Notes under the pieces: generated by a model
Told to the model about the DNA's origin: nothing
Database searches by the model: none
What the model saw: the letters and a program-made list of their open reading frames with translations, nothing else
Made by a program: the position numbers and the translations under genes
Part shown: positions 49,597-63,231 of the stretch, in pieces
Position numbering within the stretch: position 1 is the stretch's first letter
Layout: every line of letters begins with the position of its first letter
Source: Paraspadella gotoi
Taxonomy: Eukaryota; Animalia; Chaetognatha
Length of the DNA: 64,000 nucleotides
Direction of reading: 5' to 3'
Assembly (NCBI GenBank): GCA_051294375.1
Contig: CM119265.1
Location: 24,947,697-25,011,696 of the forward strand

Positions 49597-52500
49597 GTCG
49601 GAGGGGGGAGGCGGATTGGAATGGGTTGAGAGGCAGGAGCAGATAGATAGTCTTCCATATCACAAACAATAGTTTTGTTGAAAAAATTAATATAGCTTTT
49701 AAGAGTGGTCATTCTGGCAAGAGTGTATTCATTGAAGTTTTTTTTAGTGCCATTACTTGCCAACAGAAAAAGAATTCTAAAAAAATGACATAATTTTTTA
49801 TTTTATAAGAACTATACGATATTTATGTCTTCCTAAAAGGCGCAGGGGGGAAGACATAAAAATAGCGATTATTTTTCTTCTGGCAAGTAAAGATCACCAA
49901 AAAAACAACGTCAATGAAAACAAAAAAATTCTCTTTAAAAAAAGAAATTACAAAGAAAATATTAAAAGATGAATCCAATGTTCCCGTCGTCATTATCTAC
50001 TCAATTATCTTTCATCTTCCAAATCCTTATCCTTTCCAGTTCTCCTCTTTTGCGTTCCTTACCATTTCCAGTTCTCTTTTCCTTTCCTTACCTTTTCCAG
50101 TTTTCCTCTTTTGCTTTCCATACTCTTTCCAGTTCTCCTCTTTTCCTTTCCTTACCCTTTTCAGTTCTTCTCTTTTCCTTTCCTTACCCTTTCCAGTTCT
50201 CNNNNNNNNNNNNNNNNNNNNNNNNNNNNNNNNNNNNNNNNNNNNNNNNNNNNNNNNNNNNNNNNNNNNNNNNNNNNNNNNNNNNNNNNNNNNNNNNNNN
50301 NNNNNNNNNNNNNNNNNNNNNNNNNNNNNNNNNNNNNNNNNNNNNNNNNNNNNNNNNNNNNNNNNNNNNNNNNNNNNNNNNNNNNNNNNNNNNNNNNNNN
50401 NNNNNNNNNNNNNNNNNNNNNNNNNNNNNNNNNNNNNNNNNNNNNNNNNNNNNNNNNNNNNNNNNNNNNNNNNNNNNNNNNNNNNNNCCGCGAGGTCACT
50501 CCTTTTTTTTCTTCTTAACCCTTTTTCTTTTTTTTTCCCCTTTTTTCTCCTTTTTCCTTATCACTCTGTCGATGAAACNNNNNNNNNNNNNNNNNNNNNN
50601 NNNNNNNNNNNNNNNNNNNNNNNNNNNNNNNNNNNNNNNNNNNNNNNNNNNNNNNNNNNNNNNNNNNNNNNNNNNNNNNNNNNNNNNNNNNNNNNNNNNN
50701 NNNNNNNNNNNNNNNNNNNNNNNNNNNNNNNNNNNNNNNNNNNNNNNNNNNNNNNNNNNNNNNNNNNNNNNNNNNNNNNNNNNNNNNNNNNNNNNNNNNN
50801 NNNNNNNNNNNNNNNNNNNNNNNNNNNNTCAACAGTTTTGCAAAATTCAAAATCTTCCAGTAAATCTTCCAGTAAATCTTCCAGAAAATCTTCAATCTCC
50901 TTTTCTCTGTCGACTTTTGTTTTTCATCCTTCTTTTCCCTAGTTTATTCATTTCATCCGTCACTCCCTCTATATTTACTAATTGTCCCTTTATTTTCCCT
51001 CCTTCCTTCCAATCTTCCTTCCTTCCTTCCTTCCTTCCTTCCTTCCTTCCTGAAATTGGAATGGGTTTTTGAGTAGCGAGGAGGCAGATAGATAGTGTCT
51101 TCCATATCACAAACAATAGTTTTGTTGAAAAAATTAATATAGCTTTTAAGAGTGGTCTTTCTGCAGAAGTGTATTCATTGAAAAGTTTTTTTTTAGTGGC
51201 CAGTTACTTGCCAACAGAAAAAGAATTCTAAAAAATAATGACATAGATTTTTTATTTTATAAGAACTTATACGATATTTATGTCTTTCCTAAAAGGCCAG
51301 GCAGGGAAGACATAAAATAGCGATTTTATTTTCTTCTTCTGGCAAGTAAAGAATTCACAAAAAACAACGTCAATTGAAACAAAAAATTCTCTTTTAAAAA
51401 AAGAAATATTACAAAGAAGAATATTTAAAATGATGAATCCAATGTTTCCCGTCGTCATTATCTACTCAAATTATCTTTCATCTTTCAAATTCCTTATCCT
51501 TTCCAGTTCTCCTCTTTTGCGTTCCTTACCATTTCAGTTCTCTTTTTCCTTTTTTTCCTTACCTTTTTCCAGTTTTCTCTTCCTTCTGTTTGTTTCCATT
51601 AACTCTTTCCAGTTTCCTCCTCTGTTTCCTTTCCTTACCCTTTTCAGTTCTTTCTCTTTTCCTTTCCTTACCCTTTCCAGTTTCTCCTCTTTTCCTTTTC
51701 CTTCACCCTTTCCAGTTCTATTTTTCTTCCCTCTTTCCTTTCCTTACCCTTTCCAGTTCTTCTCTTTTTTCCCTTTCCATTACCCCTTTTTCCAGTTCTC
51801 CTCTTTCCTTTTCTTACTCTTTCCTTACCCTTTTTTCGCCACGAGAGATAAAGTAAGTTCTGCCCCTTTTCGCTTCTTCTAATCTGCCACACCGCGAGGT
51901 CACTCCTTTTTTCTTCTCTTTAACCCTTTTTTCCTTTTTTTTTTCCCTTTTTTCTCCTTTTTCCTTATCAACTCTGTCGATGAAACTCTTTTTCGCCATT
52001 TTCGCTCTCGCTGCCTTATCAGACCTTCTTTTCACTTAAATCCATTCCAACTAAAGAAAGAAAAAAGTATTTTACTCTTACCTCTCACGCTTTTCAACAG
52101 TTTTGCTAAATTCAAATTCTTCCAGTAAATCTTCAGTTAAATCTTCCAGTAAATCTTCCCAGAAAATCTTCAATCTCCTTTTCTCTGTCGACTTTTGTTT
52201 TTCATCCTTCTTTTCCCTAGTTTATTCATTTTCATCCTCGTCACTCCCTCTATATTTTCTAAATTGTCCCTTTATTTTCCCTCCTTCCTTCCAATCTTCC
52301 TTCTTCCTTTTTTCCTTCCTTATTTTCCTTCCCTTCCTTCCTTTCATTCTTCCTTTCCTTTTTTCCTTCCCTTCCTTCCTTCCTTGCTTCATCCTACCTT
52401 CCTTCCTTCTTTCCTTCCTTCCTTCCAATCTTCCTTCCTTCCTTCTTCTTTCCTTCTCATTCTTCTTCTTTCCTTCCTTCCTTCCTTGCTTCATTCCTTC

Positions 52501-55259
52501 CTTTCTTCCTTCTTTCCTTCCTTTCCTTCCAATCTTCCTCCCTTCCTTCTTTCCGTCCTTTTTCTTCCTTGCTTGCTTCCTTTCTTCCTTCCATTCCTCC
52601 TTCCTTCCTTCCATTCTTCTTTCATAACTTTCCTTCCCTTCCTTCCTTTCCTTCCTTCCTTTCCTTCCTTCCTTCCTTTCTTCCTTCCTTGCTTGCTTGC
52701 TTGGCTTGCTTCCTTCCTTCCTTCCTTCCTTACCTTACCTTCCATTTCCTCCTTCCTTCCTTCCTTCCTTCCTTCCTTCCTTCATTCTTTTCATCACTTC
52801 CTTCCTTCTTTCATCACTTCCTTCCTTCATTCCTTCTTTCCTTTCTTCCTTCCTTCCATTCTTTCCTTCTTTCCTTCCTTCCTTCCTTTCTTTCTTCCTT
52901 TCTTCCTTCCAACGTCTCTTCATTACATCCTCGCCTCTTCAAAATCTTGCAGTGTGATCTCGATATCTCCTCCTCCTCCTCCTCCTCTTCCTCCTCCCCC
53001 AACCCCCTTTTTCCTCCCCTTCTCGGGAGAGAAGAAATGGAAAAAAAAGAAAGAAAATAGAAAGAAAGTAAAAAAGTTCCTTGTTCTTTAAAATTCAAAT
53101 TGGGGCGGGGTTCCTCCTCGGAACATCCTTTATTTAAACTCCAGCCCTTTTCTTCTTCCTCCTCCCCTTTCTTTTTCTCTTCCACTTCCTCTTCCTCGAT
53201 TCTCCCTCCCCATTTTTTTTTTAGTCTTCAGTTTAGCGCCCCGCTGGGCTTTTTTTTTCTCTATGACCCTCCCTCTCCCTTTAAACGCCTCCCTGCACAA
53301 TCCCTTTGAATCTCAACTAAAAATACGTTATATTTCTCATAGGAATCTCTCCCAGTCTCTTTTCTCTTTTTTTTTTCGGTCTCCCCAAGCAACGGTCCCA
53401 AGCATTATTCTCTCTTTCCAAGCAAATTTTCAAGCTTCCTCGAAAAATTTTCAAACAATCTCCCGTTGCTCGTGTTAACACGAGTCGTAAATCATTTCGC
53501 GACGGCTCTTTCCAAGACCAAGCAAAAAAAAACAATCAGACCAAGCAAAAAAAAAACAATAACAAGCAAACACTAAAGCAAAAAAAAAAAAATTCCAATC
53601 ACACCAAGCAAAAAAAAAAGAAGCCAATCACACTAAGCCAAAAAAAAGCCAATCACACCAAGCAAAAAAAAAGAAGCCAATCAGACTAAGCAAAAAAAGG
53701 AAGCAATTCAGACCAAACAAAAAAGAAGCCAATCAGACCAAGCAAAAAAAAAGCCAATCACACCAAGCAAAAAAAAAAGCCAATCACACTAAGCAAAAAA
53801 AAAAAATCCAATCACACCAAAGCAAAAAAAAAGCCAATACCACTAAGCAAAAAAAAAAGCCAATCACACCAAGCAAAAAAAAAAGAAGCCAATCAGACTA
53901 AGCAAAAAAAGGAAGCCAATCACACCAAGCAAAAAAAAGGAAACCAATCAGACCAAGCAAAAAAAAAAGAAGCCAATTAGACTAAGCAAAAAAAGGAAGC
54001 CAATTCACACCAAGCANNNNNNNNNNNNNNNNNNNNNNNNNAAAAAAAGAAGCCAATCAGACTAAGCAAAAAAAAGGAAGCCAATCACACCAAGCAAAAA
54101 AAAAGGAAACCAATCAGAACAAGCTTCATTATTATTCCCTTCGTCGACGAAGTTTTTTTTTTCAGAGTCGCAACTTGAGAGACTTTTTTGGTGAAAGTTA
54201 TTTTCGTTCGGTCCAATTTAACAATTCTTTATTATTCATTTCGGGGATAGAATTATCATTTTTTCCGCCCAATAACGTTATTCTATCACCCGGTCGACAA
54301 CCGCCTTTCACCCCACATCCAGGGGCGCGTAGAGAAATGGAGGGCCCCTCCGCAATTTTTTTTCAGGGGCTCCTCCATTAAGAAAATGTCAAAATTATTC
54401 CCTTATTTTTATAGTATATATTAGGCAAAATGTTTAAGTCAATTGGTAGGCATTTAGTTGAGTTTTCTCGCACAAAACAAAAATTATTTTTAACATTTTT
54501 CCTTTAAGTTTTATTTATAAGCCTATACATGCGGACCGATGAGTTAAAATTTCAATAATTGATTTATTTTTTTATTTTTTTAAATAACTTTTTTCCCCTT
54601 AGGGGAACCATCCCACCTCCATCACCCACTCCAACCACCCAAATTCTCCACCCTCTCCGCATTCCAACCTTTTCCTCCATGTAAAAGGCGTAATCCGCGA
54701 ATTTCGACGCCGCCTTCTCGCCGGCGCCCAAAAGCAGCGCCGCGCGCCGCAGCCCGGCTTTGTAGTCGGACACGAACTGGCGGGCTGCGGCGTCGGCGTC
54801 GGCAGCCGCTGCGGCGTCGGCGTCGGCGGAAGCGGCGTCGACATCTGGCGCGGAAGGTTGAGCAGCGATGCCGTCGCGGAAAGCGGAAGTGGAAGAGGAA
54901 AGGGAGGAAGAAGAGGAAGAAAGGGAGGAAGGAGAGGAGGAGAGGGAGGAAGGAGAGGAGGAAATGGAGGAAGGAGAGGAGGAATGGGAGGAAGGAGAGG
55001 AGGAATGGGAGGAAGGAGAGGAGGAAAGTGTGTAGTTAGAGGAAAAAAAGGAGGAAGAGAAATGAGAAGACGGCGATCGAGAGGAAGAAGGGGAGGAAGG
55101 GGGAGAAGAAGAAGAGGAGGAAGAGGGAAGAGGCGAGGAAGATTTGGTCGTCGGAGGTGGAGGCGGTTTAAACGTTGGAGGCGCGGAGGCGAGGTGAGGC
55201 AGGAAGTGGGCGTGGTAGGCGTTGAAAGGGTCGCTGAGCGGGAGATATCCGTGGAGGAT
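36313..55259 (-). CDS. Neprilysin/endothelin-converting enzyme-like M13 zinc metallopeptidase (5' end not found)
   Basis: Phase-compatible exons 55259-54669, 53021-52935 (tentative), 48462-? (tentative), 47904-47760, 43836-43632, 43158-43029, 38665-38494, 38310-38171, 37743-37595, 37035-36819 and a last exon ending at 36313. M13 motifs: KKWLSGEAKGKALEKA, LGYPDYL, NA-F...LPAALMQKPF...NFGAFGWTVGHEIAH (HExxH), TLEENLADTSGL, LPGLNLTNDQIFFVAGAQQWC, RVNGP...FAAAFQCPVGSRMHP..RCDVW. Exon 38310-38171 has two 1-nt homopolymer deletions. Confidence 0.88.
37066..37292. repeat. ~33-bp intronic minisatellite, about 7 degenerate copies
   Basis: Unit ttttagtgattgactcacaattattaacaagt. Confidence 0.8.
37744..38165. 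repeat. Intron-filling tandem repeat (45-75-bp units) containing copies of the 3' splice site
   Basis: ctttagaaggacc-like unit at 37744, 37818, 37863, 37932, 37984, 38049 and 38101, separated by (CAAT)n. Confidence 0.85.
44950..45170. repeat. Degenerate 6/12-bp (TAAGGG/TAAAGAG)-type repeat
   Basis: gagtaagggtaaa-type units. Confidence 0.7.
49612..52310. other. ~1.45-kb tandem duplication, probably an assembly/gap-filling artefact
   Basis: 49612-51050 (gapped) is repeated at 51055-52310. The second copy differs mainly by scattered 1-2 nt insertions and fills the N gaps of the first. Confidence 0.75.
53515..54122. repeat. ~25-29-bp minisatellite of A-tract plus GCCAATCA(C/G), about 20 copies
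   Basis: Unit aagcaaaaaaaa(gga)agccaatcacacc/agact. Confidence 0.9.
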
Positions 55260-55799
55260 CTGGAGAAGAGAGAAGGAAGGAAGGAAACTGTAAGAAGAGG
55301 GACGGATTTACGATTTTTATAATTTGTATTGATTATTAGTTTTATATTACACGTTTCAGAATTTACTGTCATTCCGTCCATCAGTGGTCCATTCCTGTCT
55401 GTCTGTCTGGCGATCCGTCCGTCAGTCTCTTTTATTTTCCCTCTTAAAACGAGTGGAGATTAATTAGCATCTACTTGAATCAACTCTCAAAATATTTTTT
55501 TTTTTCAAAATTAATTTTTCTTTCAATTTCGTTGAGGAGTGAGTAGTGAGTAGTTTGACATAGAAGCCTCTTGAGGACTATTTTCCGACGGCGACGACAA
55601 CGAAAACAACAACAACAACTACAGCTTTCAACGACGTCGATCGAATATCTACTCCAGAAATAAAAAAAAAAGGAAAATAAAAGGGAAGAGTGAAAGGAAG
55701 CGGAAAGTAAAAGGCGGAAAATAACGACAAGCAACTCCGGCGTGAATAATGACTTTGAACGCAGGTGTGAAGGATTTTTAGATTCGAGAAAATACTTAC

Positions 55800-55855
<56 letters not shown>

Positions 55856-58800
55856 CAGAAGCGGGCGTAGACTGCGCTGCGCTGCTTTAGAGTTTTCGCT
55901 GCGGTGAAGCTTCGTTACTTTAGATAATCCGACTTTTTTTTTCCTGACCTTTGACGTCCTCACTTTAAAAAAGAAAGTGAAAGAAAGAAAAGAGAAAGAA
56001 AGAAAAAGAAAGAAAGAAAGAAAGAAAGAAAAGAAAGAAAGAAAGAAAGAAAAAGAAAAAATTAGGAAAAAAAAACAAAGGAAAAACAAAAAACCACAGA
56101 TTGGAAAAAAACAGAGAATAGAAAAATGAAAAAAATTTAAAAAAAGCTTAAATTAAAAGCAAGAAATTTTAAAAGTCAAAACAAATTTAAGGGTAGAAGT
56201 AAAAAGAGAAAGAAACTAAATGATTACTCGGTCGACGCAACTTGTAAACATGTAGCCCTGTGATTGCCAAGACAAGCTTTAAAAAAAACCATTTTGTCTT
56301 ATGATTGCCAAGACAAGCTCTTGTTAAAAAACAAGTTTTCGACTGGGCGTGAGCATTGAGCAGTAGGGTGGAGTGATGAAAGATTGAGTGATTGAACATT
56401 ATTTTTTTGCTGCCTGCGACATATAATTAATGAATTTTAAATCCTTTTAAAAAATTTTTTAGCATACAGTATAGCAAATTCAATTATTTATATAGTAATA
56501 TCCTTACAAAATCGTCAAATTTCAAAATAATTTTTTTATTTTTAAGAACTGATTTGGATTCGCTGTAAAAAACTAAGAAACTTTTATAAAATATGTTATA
56601 TTGATATTTTAATGTTTAGATCACAAAAATGACTAAAACGTTTTAGCATATATAAAGTTTCTACTACAGAGAATAAAAAAATCAGGAATTTTCACCTTTT
56701 TTCTTATTTTAAACATGAAGATGACAGAATTTTGATAACATGTTTTATATTTTTGATTCAACTTTTATAGAAGAATCTGAATCTTTATTAAAAGTTTTAT
56801 AAAAAATTTTAAAAATTTACTATTTTATAAGGATATTATTACAAAATATATTATATTTTACTATTCTGTCCGAGATAATATGAACAAAATAATTTGTTTG
56901 TACTAGTTAATCATACTATCTCACATCTAAATATCATGTTCGATCATTCAAATAATTTTTTTGTTCTTGAGTGCTCCACTCATTGAGCAGCGTCCTTCAT
57001 ATGATTGAAAAAAAACAAAAAACGTAAACGTGATTGCATTGCTTCAAATGTTGTTTCTGAAGGTATCTTACAAGCAGTGTTTGTTTGTCAAGTCATTAGG
57101 AACTCGATAGGGGATCTGTTACTCTTTGCTTGGTTCTTGCAAGCAGATCCGTGATCCCTTTGCCATCGCACGTTCCTTGTAAACAAACAAGGATACAAAA
57201 CCGTCGAAAACTTGAACCCTAATTTTCGAGGAAGAAAATCCGGAAGTTGAGTTATTGACGCCAGACGCCTGATGCCACTAAGAAAAAAAGGGAGGAAAGA
57301 AAAGAAAAGAAAATGGAGGAAAGAAAGAAGGAAAGAAAAAGAAAAAAATGGAGGAAAGAAAGAAGGAAAGAAAAAGAGAAAATGGAGGAAAGAAAGAAGG
57401 AAAGAAAAAGAGAAAATAGAGGAAAGAAAGAAAAAGGAAAGAAAAAAGAGAAAAGTAAAGAAAGAAATAAGAAAAAGAAAGCAATAAAAAGAGAAAAAAA
57501 AATTAAAAGGAAAAAAAAAATATGTAAATCGAATCAAATTTGTTCAAATTCAGCATCACGTCGAAAATTTGGGGGGGGGGAATTCGTCTGAAGCGATGGA
57601 ACATTTGATCTCCGATGGAAAAAAATGTTTTGTCATAAGCAACTTCATGGTGCTCGGGGTTCGATCGCTTTCATCATTAACCGTAGTGAGAATCAGAAGT
57701 CAGACCCTTTAAATCTTAAGGATTAATTTTTTTAAATTTAATAATTTAGCGATAAATTACAATCTCTCCTGAGAGGAGAGGATGTTGCTGAAGGATTTAA
57801 AAGTTTTTAATTTTCACCGCTAATTTTAAGACTTTTTCGGTTAGTAAGTTTATTAATTAGTAAGTTTACTGAATTAAAGTCCGATTTCAAAAAAAAAAAA
57901 AAAATCTGAAATACTTTAAAAATTATTATTATTTCATTAATGGAAAAAAAAGAAAAGAAAATAAAAAGAAAAGAGAGAAAGAAAAATATAAAAAAAATTA
58001 TTAGAAAAAAGAAAAAAAGAAAAGAGATAAAAGGAAAAGTAGCAAAAAAAAGGAAAATAAGAAAAAAAAGGAAAGAAAAAAGGAAACCGGAAAAAACATA
58101 AATCTTCTTTTTTTTCTTGGTCGGAGAGGGAAAGGGGGAAGAGAGAGCGCTAACAAGAAGTTGCCTCGGACACGGCGCAGTTTTTTATCGGGTCAAAGGT
58201 CAGGCGGGGTAAGTCGATTCGGCTACCTAGGCCAGGGGGTGAGGTGAGGCTGGGGTGAGGTGGTGAGGGGGTCAGAAAAAGGGAATGGGTGAGGACGGTC
58301 GAAAATAAAAATCGGGCAAGGAAGGACATGGACGGCTTTGGTAAGTTTCTGGCAGCGGGCCGCGAAAGGGTCACGGATGGAATAAGGGGTAAGGAGCGAA
58401 AAGGGTCATTGACTTTGTCCGCCTGACGGGAGGCGGGCGACGAAAATATCCCCCTTTAAACCCAAAAAAGAAAGAAAAAGGAAAAATAATCTAGTTGACC
58501 TCTATTTTTAGATGGAGAAAAAAAAAGTAAATAAAACAAGTTAAGATCGACAAAAGAGGGAAAAGCGAAATAAATAAGGAAGAATAAAGGAAAGGAAAAG
58601 GAAAAAAGGTAAGGAAGGAAAAAAAGGAAAAAAGAAAAAAAAAGGAAAAAAAGGGGGAAAAAAAAAGTAAAAAAAAATGGAGGAGGAAAGAAAATAAAGT
58701 TGAAAGAAAAGAAGAAATAGCGAAGAAAGGAGGAAAGGAGGAAAAAGGAAAGACGTTTAAAAGAAAAGAAGAAAGAAAGGAGGAACGGTGGAAAAAAGAA

Positions 58801-59446
58801 AAGAAGTTTAAAAGAAAAGAAGAAAGAAAGGAGTAACGGAGGAAAAAGGAAAGAGGTTTAAAAGAAAAGAAGAAGAGAAGGAGGAACGGAGGAAAAAAGA
58901 AAACAAGTTGAAAATAAAAGAAGGAAAAAAGGAGGAAAAAAGAAAATAAAGTATAAAAGAAAAGAAGGGGATAAGGAAGAAAAGAGGAAAAAAGAAAAGA
59001 AAGATAAAAAGAAAAGAAGAAGGTGAGATCTCGGATCGACAAAAAAAAAAAAAGGCGACGAATGCGCCGGAGGAGACATGACCGGAATGAATCTCCGCCA
59101 GGGGACGAGATGGCGCTTCGGTCGGGGGAATAATAAAACGGAATTCAAACAAAAGATCTCTCTCGAAAACGGGGACAAACAATACCGAGTGAAGCTCCGA
59201 GGGCGGTGGGGGAGAGAGGCGGCAGGGGGGGGGGAAAGCGCAAAGGCGCGATTGATGATGTTTTGGTTGGAAGCGGACAATTCCTCTCTTCGGTCGCAGA
59301 GGCTCAGACATCAACCCCACTCGCTCTCTGTCTCTTTCCCCGTCTCCGTCTCTGTCGCTACGTGTTTGTCTCTCGTCTCTTCTCTCACTCTCTCTCTTCT
59401 CCTCTCCTCTGTCTCTCTCTCTCTCGCTCTCGCCTCTCTCTCTCTC

Positions 59447-59496
<50 letters not shown>

Positions 59497-59521
59497 CTCT
59501 CTCTCGCCTCTCCTCCTCTCT

Positions 59522-59557
<36 letters not shown>

Positions 59558-59779
59558 AGCTCGTCATTTCTTTCTCTCATTGTTTCTCCGTTTGTGACTC
59601 GGTCTCTCTCTCTCTCTTTTCTATTTTTCTCTTTTCATTTTCTTTCTTTTTTATTTTCATGCGAATGGAGAAATATCAACGCCCACATAATCAGTCTCTC
59701 TCTCTCTCTCTCTTTCTCTCTGTCTCTCTCTCTCTCTCTCTTTCTCTTCTCTTTCTCTCTGTCTCTCTCTCTCTCTCTC

Positions 59780-60192
59780 AAAGGACGTCGCCACGGGCGC
59801 GAAAAATTAATAAAATTTTCACCAAATGAAGATTGAGCTTCGCCCGCGTCAGCGGTTTGCCAGTGACTTGACAATTGCTTGCCAGTGGCTTGACGAATGC
59901 TTGCCAGTGGCTTGAAGAATGCTTGTCTGTGGTCTTTTTCATTGTTTGTCTCTCTGGCGAAAGTGCTGTAAGCTTCATATATATTTCGGCTTTTTCAAGG
60001 TTTACAGCTATTCCGTAGTTAGCTCATAGCATTTCCATTTGCAAGCAGCTTGCACGCAGCTTGCCCGGAGCTTTCCCGTCTCCTTCCAACTCGTCAATGA
60101 TCCATTTTATGGACATCAAAGTCCGATTAGGATTCGTCGACTTTGACTCGGCGCCATTTTGGGAGAATCCTCAAAACAAAGAAGTAAGAGAG

Positions 60193-60232
<40 letters not shown>

Positions 60233-60260
60233 AAAAGAAGAGAGAGAGAGAGGGCGAGAG

Positions 60261-60348
<88 letters not shown>

Positions 60349-63182
60349 AGAGCGAGAGAGAGAGCGAGAGCATTTGCATCTCAGCAAGTATAGAAGTATC
60401 TATAGAAGAACATAATACATTCTACAATATATAATGTCCTAACTACAAAGGTTCTCCAAACGTTATTGAATTTGGTACAACCAATATAAATGTTATATTT
60501 GTTATACGCATCAATTTATACCGAAAGTAAGTATTCATAGTAATGTATATCAATATTACAACATTTATGTGTAGTAATAAAAAAAAAACGATTTTAAAAA
60601 AAAAAATTGTCCATGCAATCAATCAATCAGTCAGGGCGGTCTATTGTCTGCCATTTTTTTCAACAGTCGTTCGCTCGGTCGGCGTGTTGGTTCGTCGGCC
60701 ACTCGGGCCGCGACGTACAAGGTGGGATTCTGTCGGTAATGTCAGTCTTTAGATCTGTTATTAACCAGGTCGGTCTGGTCTCTTTGTCAGTCGTCGATCC
60801 AGTCGTTTCTTCGCGACGGAAACTGGAAACCAGACGAAGCGACGATTCAGCGAAATTCTTAGTAATTGATTTCTTTTTTTTTTTGGAGGCGAGAAAAAAA
60901 GGGAGTCGCTTGGGATGAGAGATGCCGAGGCTGTGGAAGAGGGGGGGAAATGTGGGGTTGAGGGTGAGGAATGAAGGGGGGGGANNNNNNNNNNNNNNNN
61001 NNNNNNNNNGAGAGAGAGCGAGAGCATTTGCATCTCAGAAAGTATAGAAGTATCTATAGAAGAACATAATACATTCTACAATATACAATGTCCTAACGTA
61101 CAAAGGTTCTCCAAACGTTATATGAATTTGGTACAACCAATATAAATGTTATAGTTGTTATACGCATCAATTTATTACCGAAAGTAATGTATTCATAGTA
61201 ATGTATATCAATATTACAACATTTATGTGTAGTAATAAAAAAAAACGATTTAAAAAAAAAAATTGTCCATCAATCAATCAATCAGTCAGGCGGGTCTATT
61301 GTCTGCCATTTTTTTCAAAACAGTCCGTTCGCTCGGTCGGCGTGTTGGTTCGTCGGGCCACTCGGCCGGACTACAGGTGGGTCTCTCGGTCGGTATGTCA
61401 GTCTTTAGATCTGTTATTCAGTCGGTCTGTCTCTTTGTCAGTCGGTCGATCCGTCGTTTTCTTCGCGACGGAAAACTGGGAACCAGAAGAAGCGACGATT
61501 CAGCGAAATTCTTAGTAATGATTTCTTTTTTTTTTCGTTTTTTTTTTGTTGGTGGGGCCCCCAATTTATCCCTTTTTTATCGATTTTTTCCTCCTTCATA
61601 CTTCTTGGTTCCCGCCCTTCCTTTCTCACCCCTCTTCCTCCCCCCTTCTATTCCGCCCCTGCCCCCCCCTCATCCTACCCTCACCCCATCCTTCCCTCCT
61701 CTTCCACAGCCTCGCATCCTCATCCCAAGCGACTCCCTTTTTTTTCTCGCGCTGCCGAAAAAAAAAAAGGAACATCATTACTAAGAATTTCGCTGAATTC
61801 GTCGCTTCTTCTGGTGTTCCCCAGTTTTCCGTCCGCGAAGACAAACGACGGAATCGACCGCGTGACAAAGAGACAGACCGACTGACATACAGAATCTAAA
61901 GGACTGACATACCGACCGGAGACCCACCTGTATAGGTCGCGCGCCGAGGTTAGGCCGCAGCGGCCCCCCTGCGAAAGCCAACACGCCGGGAGCCGTACCG
62001 ACGCGGAAGATCGACCTGTTTGGAAGAAAAAAATTGGCACCTGCAGACAATTAGACCGCCGCCTGACTGATTGAATGATTGATTGCATGGACAATTTTTT
62101 TTTTATAAATCGTTTTTTTTTTATTTATTTTTTATTACTCACATAAATGTTTGTATAAATATTGATATACATTACTGATTGTGAATTATAAGGGCGTTAG
62201 TGAAAAATTTCTCCATAATTTAACTTTAATTAAAATCTTTTCTAAAAAGTGTACACAGGGGAAGGAGCCTTAACGAACGCCAAGCATTGGCGCCCGTCCT
62301 TCTTACTACCACAGATGACCATTATGTTTAGTGAAAAAATGTTATGCTTAATGTAAATTAAAATTTACAATCTACGCAGTAGTTAAGGCCATGATTTGAT
62401 ATACTTCGCGAGTTACTAACTCCAATAAATGTGTTTTTAAAATTATTCAAAACAGTTTTTAAGATTTTTTTTTGCCGTTTGGTTCGTCTAAAAAGTTGAT
62501 GATAAAGAAGAATATTTATAACCTCTTTTTAAAAAAGAATTCCTTCGTATTAGTGGGTGCAAAAATTAGGAGGAGAGAAAAAAGCTGAATATTTTTTAAG
62601 CTGAAATTTAACTTTATATACGTTTAAATTAAGGTTTTTGTAAATTTTTACAACTCCACTTAATGAAAGACATTGTGTAAAAATTGATTTTATATTTTCT
62701 TTATTCCTAACTTTTGACGAGGGAAATTTTCAAATGCTTTGCAATCGAAAATTAAGAAAGCCTATTTAATTGCAAAATTTTTTCCGGATTTTATAAGGAT
62801 AGTACTATACTATAAATATGAGCCTATCTGCGGTAAAAATTTAAAAGCATTAAAAATTATTTTTTTTTACCAATTAATGTTCACTTAGGGTATGTTTACC
62901 TTGTGTGGTGTGGTCCTTAAGTAACTGTTCACTTACGCCTTAATGCGGATACTTATTATTTCTCGGTTAATAAATTGTATGCGGATATAACAAGCTATAC
63001 TTTTATATTGGTTGTTTACAAGTTTCATTTATAACGTTTGGTTAGGACAACCTCGTTTTGGTACTACGTTATAGGAATTGTATTGTAGAATGTATTATTG
63101 TTCTTCTATAGTATATCTTCTATTACTTTTTGAGATGCAAATTGCTCTCGCCTCTCTCTCTCTCTCTCCTCTCCTTTCTTAT

Positions 63183-63231
<49 letters not shown>

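Noticed and set aside
52103-53091. 298-aa and other Phe/Leu/Pro/Ser-rich ORFs, and similar RE/LS-repeat and X-filled ORFs across the window
   Set aside because: Translations of (CCTT)n or (GA)n microsatellites, or of N gaps
57072-59310. Missing 5' exons of the M13 peptidase (TM anchor, PCxDFY motif)
   Set aside because: Exon-like blocks at about 57072-57277, 58150-58226 and 59040-59310 show no M13 motifs in any frame I read; the 5' end is probably in gaps or outside the window
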